DNA of 63,573 nucleotides, filler included, from Reclinomonas americana ATCC 50394 (Eukaryota): NCBI GenBank assembly GCA_048213135.1. It is 17 parts of 17 records of this genome, joined end to end, with 100 filler letters (N's around TTAATTAATTAA, not from the genome) between each part and the next. Parts side by side here need not be neighbours in the genome. Positions count along the whole stretch, not along the records: positions 53,253 to 60,860 come from AFZH01019864.1; positions 60,961 to 62,425 come from AFZH01019866.1; positions 62,526 to 63,573 come from AFZH01019871.1; 14 more parts are not named here. One strand, 5' to 3'. Shown piece by piece: positions 54,932 to 63,573 of this stretch (position 1 is its first letter; each line of letters starts with the position of its first letter). The notes under the pieces were generated by a model. It saw only the letters and a program-made list of their open reading frames with translations, ran no database searches and was not told where the DNA came from. The position numbers and the translations under genes were made by a program.

Positions 54932-57900
54932 CTAATCCTCCGAATCCTCCTCCTCTTTCTTCACCACCTCCATCATCACCGGCTTCTCGTCGTCCAGCAC
55001 TGCATTCATGCTCGTCAGTGCTGATGCTCGCACGACATCCGACAACAGCAGGTGCTCCCAATTTGTTGCATTTGGGAGCACTCACCAGCACGCTCAATCT
55101 CCGCCTTTGAAAGACAACCGTCTCGAAGCAGAGTGGCCAGTAGGCCAGGGCAGTTGCGGAGCAGTTGCATGGCTTGTGTGACAAAAGGCAGAAGAGCATT
55201 TGGAGTGCTTCCCTTCCGAATGTGCTCGGCACATTCCTACAATCCGAGAAAAGCATTGTAAGTCAGCATCGTCAAATCACAACGGAACACACAACCAGGG
55301 TCCACGCACCTCAGAATAACCACGCTCGTCAATCACAATCAGTGGTCTTTCGACAGCATCCACCAGCGCAGCTCCTCGAAGACCGCTCTTCTAATGGCCC
55401 CGCATGCACACGATGGAAGGCAGGTCAGTGGCCAGGCACACCACAAGCGGATGTGAATCAGAAATAACAAACTGGCACTCACCTCGATGAAGTTACTCAC
55501 GCTCTCAAGAACGCCCTCAACTGACTTGGGCGTCGTGCCGCGCGTTGTGCTGGCACTGCCGGCAAGACTCTTGCTAAATGCAGCCATGACTGCGGATGAT
55601 GGACAACCCGGTCCCTTCGATGGTATTCCGCAGTCGTCACAGGCAAGCTGGAAGAGAACTCGCTGATGATGGACGACTGTAGACTCTATCACAACAGGTG
55701 CCATGAGACCGAATGCCTTCACCAGAACCCTCTTCTTGTTGCAACCCTGCTCTCAGGTGTGACGGATGGGTGGGAGCGAGTGAGGAGTTCATGACAGCAA
55801 TGTCGGCAATACAAAGAACACGCAACAAGCAGTTTCGCAAGCATCAATTGCTCGTTGATGCTCAACTTCGCAGGATCAATCTTGCGGCGCTGTGAAACAC
55901 AGGCCACGCAGTATTGAGACGTATATCATGCATGACATAGAACGCAGCGTCGGGCGTACCTTCTTTTTCTTCGCGTCATCGTCCACATCGTCGCTGTCGT
56001 CATCATCTTCCCGCTCACCCTCCCTCTCCTCCTCTTTCTTCACCATCTCCATATCCCTCAGGGCTGTTCACTCATTTCTCAGCACAAGTATGCAACAAAG
56101 CCACGATCACAAGCAGCCAAACCTCTTTCACTGCACCATGCGGCGGCACGTGCAATCTCCGCCTGCGAAAGGCAGCCGTCCCGAAGCAGAGTGGCCAGCA
56201 GGTCTGGACAGCCGTGGAGAGCCTGCATGGCCTGTCTGACGTGTGGCAGAAGAACACTAGGAGCGCCTCCCTTCTGCGACTTTGCTGATTCCTACAATCC
56301 AGTGTGAGCCAGCTTTCAATGACGCGCATCAGCACACACAGTTTCACACGCGCCTTAGAGTAGCCACGTTCGTCAATCACAATCAGTGGCCTCTCGACAA
56401 CATCCACCAGCTCAGCTCCTCGAAGACCACTCTTCTGATGGTGACATCCACGTCGAAGTCGAGTCAGGTACCACGCACATAACAATCGGAAGGATGCTGA
56501 AACAACACACCGACACACTCACATCTATGAAGTTGCTCATGCTCTTGAGCACACCATCTACTGATTTGGGCGTCCCGCTACGTACGTGGCCGGCACTGTC
56601 GGCAAGAGTCTTGACAAATGCAGATCTGACTGCGGCCGAAGGGCAGCCCCGTCCCTCAAACGGTATTCCGCATTCGTCACAGGCAAGTTGCAGGAGAACG
56701 CGCTGATGATGGAGGACTGTGGATTTGAGCACCACGGGTGCCATGAGACCGAATGCCTTCACCAGCATCCTCTTCTTGTTGCAACCCTGCTCCGAGGCGA
56801 GGTGAGCAGATGGGAGTAAGAGCATTGCCGGTGACGTGCAGAGATGATAGCAACACGCAACAAGCAGTTTCGCCAACATCAGTTGCTCGTTGATGCTCAG
56901 CTTCCCAGGACCACTCTTGCGGAGCTGTGAAGCGCAAACCACACAAAGTTAGGACACGCACCTGTCTCGCATCTAACGGAAACGAGCGACGGGCGTACCT
57001 TGCCATCGTCCTCGTCCTTCTGCTCTTCCTCCCTCTTCTCCTCTTTCTTCACCATCTCCATCTCCCTCAGTGCTGTTCAATCGTTGGTGAGCACATGCGC
57101 ACACTATGCAGCTATGCAAGTCACGCAGCCAAACCTCGTTCACTACACCACTGGACAGCACGTGTGATCTCTGCCTTCGAAAAACAGCCGTCTCGAAGCA
57201 GAGTGGACAGCAGGCCAGGGCAGTTGTGGAGAGCTTGCATTGTCTGCGTGATGAAAGGCAGAAAAGGGCTCTGCCGGCTGTGCCGCATCCATGGCAGTTG
57301 TGACGACTCCTGACAACCAAATTCCAGAACACGGAGCATGAGAATATGGTAGCCAATATACAACGCACACTGAGTGCTGGGCAGCCAACCTCCGAATAGC
57401 CACGCTCATCCACCACAACCAGGGGTCTCTCAATGGCATTCGCCAGAGCAGCGCCACGCAGTTCACTCTTCTACATAATTCCACACATACATTAGCGTTG
57501 ATATTGACTCAGTTGCGCGAAATGAATGTAGCTCACCTCGATAAAGTCGCTCATCATCTGCAGCACTCCCTCAACCGACTTGGGCGTTGTGGTGCGTGCC
57601 TTGTTGACGGCATGGCCAAGACTCCTGCCGAGTGAACTCACGACTGCCGTCGAAAGGCAGCCTGCTTTCGATGAAGGGATGCCACACTCCTTGCATGCAA
57701 GATCAACAAGAATGCGCTGATGATGGCAGATTGTGGATGGCAGCACAATTGGTGCCATGATGCCGAACGCCATCACCAGTATCTTCTTCTTGTTGCTGCA
57801 CTGCTCTCCCATGAATCACATGGGTGGTGCGGTGAACACTCAATCAGCCAGACGACTACCGGAGGAGGTCATGAATGCAATCAAACGCAACAAGCAGCCT

Positions 57901-60620
57901 CGCAAGCATCAGCTGCTCGTCCTTGCTCATTGTGTGAGAATCACTCTCTTGTCGCTGTGCATGCACTCCATGAGACGATGCCAGTATGCACTCACCCCAT
58001 CATTCATGGTCATACCTTCCTCCTGTTACTCTCACCCATGTCGTCCTTCTCATCCTCTTCCCCGTCGACCCTCAAATCATCCTCCTTTTCCTCCTCCTCC
58101 TCCTTTTTATCTCATCTTCCTTCAGCACCTTCACATCCAGCAGAGCTGCGTCTCGTTCGTCAGCACTGACATTTCGCACAAAAGAACGCACCCTATGCCA
58201 TCCAACCTCTTTCGCTGCACCACTCTGCGGCCCGTGCGATCTCCTCATCGGAGAGACAACCGTCTCGGGTCAGCAACGCTTGCAAGCCAGGACACTCACA
58301 CAGGGCCTGAGCGGCTTGGACGATGAGCGGCAGGAGAAGGTCGATTCTCTTTCCTTTTTTCTCCATCATATTCCATGACTCCTGAAGCACGATCGACATC
58401 GTGAAAGAAACGGGTGATTGGACACAAACCAGGAAATGGGAAGAGCACACAAAGGAAAGTTTCCACACCTCCGAATGGCCCCGTTCGTCAACCACAATCA
58501 GCGGTCTCTCAATGGCATCTGCCAAGGCAGCACCGCACAGTTCACTCTTCTGCAAGAGATCACATGCACTGACGTTGGCTCACTTTCCAGTCGTACCAGA
58601 GATGGAGAGCACAGACCGATGCTCACCTCGATGAAATCGCTCATGCTCTGGAGCACTCCCTCAACTGATTTGGGTGTGTTGGCGCGTGTCATGTTGACGA
58701 CACCACCAAGAGTCTTTCCGAATGAATCCATGACTGTGGGCGACGGACTGCCAGCTCCCGATGAAGGAATACCACACTCCTTGCAGGCGAGCTCAACGAG
58801 AACGCGCTGATGATGCAAAACAGTGGATGGCTTAAGAACTGGTGCCATGATACCGAATGCCATCACCAGTATCTTCCTCTTGTTGCACCGCTGTTCGCAC
58901 ACATGCACGCACGCATCAAGTGTCATTAAATGACAGGCAAGCACATGGCAGAGTGCAACTGATCTGCCTTGCTGGGGTATTGTACACGCAACAAGCAGTC
59001 TGTCCAGCACGATTCGGTCGTCCTTACTCATCATATCCACATCATACAAACGGCGACCGCACTTGACGCGCTGCAAATACGCACCCCATGGCCATGAGCC
59101 ATCAACAATCAACACACCTACCTCCCAAGCCAAACACACACGGCGACAACGTCGTACCTTTCTCGGAATTGATTCTTCACCATCATCACTTCCTGCATCC
59201 TCCTGTAAACGCAACGCATCAGCGCGTGGCCGAGCCCACGAAGACACACTCAGTCTCTGCCATTCATGAACTGTTGATGCTCAACTTCTTCATGCTTGAT
59301 GTCGTCGTCGTCTTTCTTCACCACCATTTTCACATCGCCAGATTCTGCGTAATGCTGGTCAACACCGGTGCAACACCAATAGCCGCATGCAAATGCAGAC
59401 CTTTCGCATGGCACCACGTGACGGCGCGTGCAATCTCGGCATCAGAGAGGTGGTTGTCTCGAAACAGAGAAGTCAGAAGACCATCGCACTCGCGCAGCGC
59501 ATCGATGGCCTGCTTGACGAACGGCTGAAGATGGTCTTTCTTGTTCTTAAACTGCTGTGGCAGTTTCAACCACGAATCCTGTCACACGCAAGCCGAGAGA
59601 ATGAAGATCAGTCGACACGATCGCAACAGACACAAATGATCATGCACATCACGCACCTCTGAATACCCTCGCTCATCCACCACAATCAGTGATCTCACAA
59701 CAGCATCCGCCAGAGCCGCGCCACTGAGCTGGCTCATCTGCATTGTGCAAACATCTGCATGTTGGTTCAATATGCCACGGTTGTCACAAGGCACACATGC
59801 ATGCTCACCTCGATATAGTTGCTCACGCTCCGAAGCACGCCCTCAACTGATTTGGGCATCTTGCTTCGCGAGTTTTTGGCAGTCTTACCGAGACACTTGC
59901 CGAGAGCACACTTGACTGCAGACGACGAGCAACCCCGCTCCGACGATGGAATTCTGCAGTCGTCACAGGAAAGCTCAAAGATAACACTCTGATGGTGGAT
60001 GACGGTGGATTTTTGAACAATGGTTGCCATCAACCCGAATGCCTTCACCAGGATCCTCTTCCGATTGCATCGCTGTGAGTGACAGGAGAAGAATGGTGAG
60101 TGCGACGAGGAGAAGTAGGAGGCTGAAGGGGTTGCAACGATGTCAGAGAGAGCATGCACACGCAACAAGCAGCTTGTTCAGCAGCAGCTCCTCGTCTGCG
60201 CTCAACTCCTCTGGCTCTTTTGCAGCTCGAGTCTTGCCACGCTATGAATTCACAACATGCGTCATTGTCGCACAAGAGCCCACATGCAGATCGATGAAAA
60301 AGTACAACAATGTCAGCCACAGAATCCACACCTTCTTCTTCTTTGGCGGCGCAAGCTCGTCATCGCTGGATGCATCAACCTGCGGAGAGTGAATGAAACA
60401 TCAGGTGTCAACCGCCACGCACGAGCGAGAAGCAAAGTGTGACGCATGCCTCATCGGAGCTCACCTCCAGAGAACGCTTGCGGGATGATGTCTCAACTGA
60501 GTCACGTGCAGGCAAGTCCTCACTGTGGTCCACCAGAGGCAAGTCGACTCGCTGCCTCCTCGCATGTTGCTGTGCAATCATGCCAAGAGAGAGAGAGAGA
60601 GAGAGTTCAGTGAGAGACAT
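54932..60620 (-). CDS. Repeat-module gene, copy 2 (five tandem modules; 5' end approximate)
   Basis: ERPLIVxDERG-type exon at ~55350, 56395, 57430, 58510, 59700; AFG[LI]MA exon at ~55715, 56755, 57770, 58860, 60040; TAG at 54932-54934 before the GAG run. Confidence 0.7.
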
Positions 60621-60755
60621 GCTTATCTTGGGATGACGCACAATCACTATACCTCGACGATGCCTTCCATCGCTGTGCGATCCATGTGTTCCTGCTGAGC
60701 AGCTGTGTGCATGCACCGCCCAGGTGAGACATCACGTGACGCGAGAACACCAATG

Positions 60756-60791
<36 letters not shown>

Positions 60792-60960
60792 CGCACCCTG
60801 CTCAGTGTGATTCGTCCACGTCTACGTTTGGGCAGCGGACAATAGCGGCTGTGCTCTCGTNNNNNNNNNNNNNNNNNNNNNNNNNNNNNNNNNNNNNNNN
60901 NNNNTTAATTAATTAANNNNNNNNNNNNNNNNNNNNNNNNNNNNNNNNNNNNNNNNNNNN

Positions 60961-62592
60961 AAAGCCTTCACCAGCATCCTCTTCTTGTTACCGCCCTGCT
61001 CTCAGGTGTGACGGATGGGTGGGAGCGAGTGAGGAGATTATGACAGCAATGTCGGCGATACAAAGAACACGTAACAAGCAATCTCGCCAGCATCAATTGC
61101 TCGTTGACGCTCAACTTCGCAGGATCAATCTTGCGGCGCTGTGAAACACAAGCCACACAGTATTGAGACGTATATCATGCATGACAAAGAACGCAGCGTT
61201 GGGCGTACCTTCTTTCTATTCGCGTCATCGTCCACATTCTCGCTGTCGTCATCATTTTCTTCCTGCTCACTCTTCCTCTCCTCCTCTTTCTTCACCATCT
61301 CCATCTCCCTCAGGGCTGTTCACTCATTTCTCAGCACACGTAAGCATCAAAGCCGCGAGCACAAGCAGCCAAACCTCTTTTACTGCACCATTCGGCGGCA
61401 CGTGCAATCTCCGCCTGCGAAAGGCAGCCGTCCCGAAGCAGAGTGGCCAGCAGGTCTGGACAGCCGTGGAGAGCCTGTATGGCCTGGGTAACGAATGGCG
61501 AAAGAACATTGGAGGTGCCTCGCTTCTGCGACTTTGCTGATTCCTACCATCCAGTGTGAGCCAGCTTTCAATGACGCGCATCAGCGAACACAGTTTCACA
61601 CGCACTTCAGAGTAACCACGTTCGTCAATCACAATCAGCGGTCTCTCGACGGCATCCACCAGCTCAGCTCCCCGAAGACCACTCTTCTGATGGTGACATC
61701 CACGTCGAAGTCGAGTCAGGTACCATGCACATAAAAATCGGAAGGATACTGAAACAACACACCGACACTCACATCTATGAGGTTGTTCATGCTCTTGAGC
61801 ACACCCTCCACCGACTTGGGCGTCACGCCACGTGCTCTATTGGCTCTATCGGCAAGAGTCTTGACAAATGCAGACAAGACTGCGGCCGAAGGGCAGCCCC
61901 GTCCCTCCAATGGTATTCCGCAATCGTCACAGGCAAGTCGGAGGAGAACGCGCTGATGATGGAGGACTGTGGATGGCATCACCACGGGTGCCATCAAACC
62001 GAATGCCTTCACCAGCATCCTCTTCTTGTTGCAACCCTGCTCCAAGACGAGGTGAGCAGATGGGAGTGACAGCATTGTCTGTGACATGCAGAGATAACAG
62101 CAACACGCAACAAGCAGTCTCGCCAGAATCAGTTGCTCGTTGATGCTCAGCTTCCCATGACCACTCTTGCGGCGCTGTGAAGCGCAAACCACACAGAATT
62201 AGGACACGCACTCCACTCGCATCTAATGGAAACGAGCGACGGGCGTACCTTGCCATCGTCCTCGTCCTCCTGCTCTTCCTCCCTCTTCTCCTCTTTCTTC
62301 ACCATACTCATCTCCCTCAGTGCTGTTCAATCGTTGGTGAGCATATGCGCACACTATGCAGCTATGCTAGTCACGCAGCCCAACCTCGTGCACTACACCA
62401 CTCGACAGCACGTGTGATCTCTGCCNNNNNNNNNNNNNNNNNNNNNNNNNNNNNNNNNNNNNNNNNNNNTTAATTAATTAANNNNNNNNNNNNNNNNNNN
62501 NNNNNNNNNNNNNNNNNNNNNNNNNAAGGAGTTCTTGTCATTGTTGTTGTTGAGTGAGGGCGCGGTTGAGGAGGAGGACGGCGAGCGGCCAT
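60961..62592 (-). CDS. Repeat-module gene, copy 3 (partial, gaps on both sides; putative start MAARRPP at ~62592)
   Basis: Near-identical to copy 1/copy 2 modules; 62526-62800 repeats 53640-53925. Confidence 0.6.
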
Positions 62593-63573
62593 TTGTGTGT
62601 GTCTTTGCTGTTGTTTCACACACACACACACGCTGCGTGACGCAAGAAACGAGGAGGGAGAGAGAGATGAAGATTCGTTGATCCGAACAGCAAAGATGAA
62701 AAGGTGACAAGCCGTGATGTGAAGGGGGAGGAGAAGAAGGTGAAGAGGGTGAGAAGGGAGGAGAGAAGATGGTATCAGGAGAACGGGGCAACCTTGGGTG
62801 CATTGACAGCGATTGTTCTCCAGACATGAGCAGAAATGCATGTCTCTTTGTTTGGATCTCTCTCTCTCTCTCTCACGGAAAACAGGCACGGATCCGAGAA
62901 GCTGGAAGCAGGCTGCAGTGTCACAACGCTGTTTGGCTGGCACGTTCTTGTCTCTTGCACGGTGTCTTACAAGAAACTGAATATACGCATGCATGCAGCC
63001 ATCGCACCACAAGCCAACCCAGCTTTGAGAACTCGCGCCTCGGCACACAGCGTGCCCTTCCACACTTGCACGTCCACGCTGCGACTTGTCCTCGTCCCGA
63101 TTTTCGCGCCCACAACGAAAGATGTCAAACGGCGATCCCTTCCGCTCCCCACCACCCTCCTCCACTACCACCACCACCATTACATCCCCCCTCTCGCCCA
63201 CCGCCGCCGCCTTGCTTCCCAATGCCAGCGCGGAGTCCGCAGTGGCCGCTGCCGCACTTCGCGCCCAACACATGCGCGATCTGCAGACGCACACCCGACA
63301 GCGCGTGCTGGCGCTCCTCAGTGAGCTCGACCCACAACTGGCCCGCGAGGTAACGCTAAACAATATATTCCAAGGCTATCTCTCTCACTCTCTGTCACTC
63401 TCCTCCTTAGTCTCTCACTCTCTGATTCTCTCTGTCTCTCTCAGTCTCTCTCTCACTCTCCTCCTGAGTCTCTCACTGTCTTGTTCTCTCTCTCTCAGTC
63501 TCTCTCTCACTCTCCACCTCTTCCCCTCGTTTCCGTCTTCTTCGCTTTCTCTTTCTCTCTCTCTCTCTCTCTC

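Overview
This window is an artificial concatenation of 17 contigs joined by 16 identical 100-nt spacers (44 N + TTAATTAATTAA + 44 N), and it contains DNA from two kinds of organism. (1) Positions 1-35462 are high-GC alphaproteobacterial DNA (Hyphomicrobiales-like; MucR, Tat-exported ABC binding proteins). The first ~13.2 kb looks like an integrated phage-satellite-like element. It has a tyrosine integrase N-terminus (missed by the ORF track), AlpA/Xis-like and XRE regulators with palindromic operators, and a DUF3892+TIR pair. It also has an AT-rich two-gene cassette (ART-like + DUF6575-like), a tape-measure gene coupled to a proteasome-beta-like (Thr1/Asp17/Lys33) protein, mucR and DUF2806. 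At its right end are an AAA_25 helicase with an iteron-like origin and a tRNA-3'-end att site at 13209-13225. The remaining bacterial contigs are ordinary catabolic/transport genes (SMP-30 lactonases, ABC systems, pehA, FAH hydrolase, hydA, encapsulin, DnaJ). (2) Positions 35563-63573 are an intron-rich, microsatellite-laden eukaryote, probably a flagellated protist (choanoflagellate-like; inference). It holds a Timeless/Tof1 gene convergent with a TTLL9-type tubulin polyglutamylase, then a tandem family of at least three genes built from a repeated ~1.05-kb five-exon module that may be a divergent MA3/HEAT-like domain. Homopolymer overcalls, unmerged contig overlaps and a (TACG)n tail point to 454-type sequencing artefacts. 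The best candidates for undescribed biology are the satellite modules (tape measure + Ntn peptidase, DUF3892-TIR, ART-like pair) and the eukaryotic repeat-module gene array.
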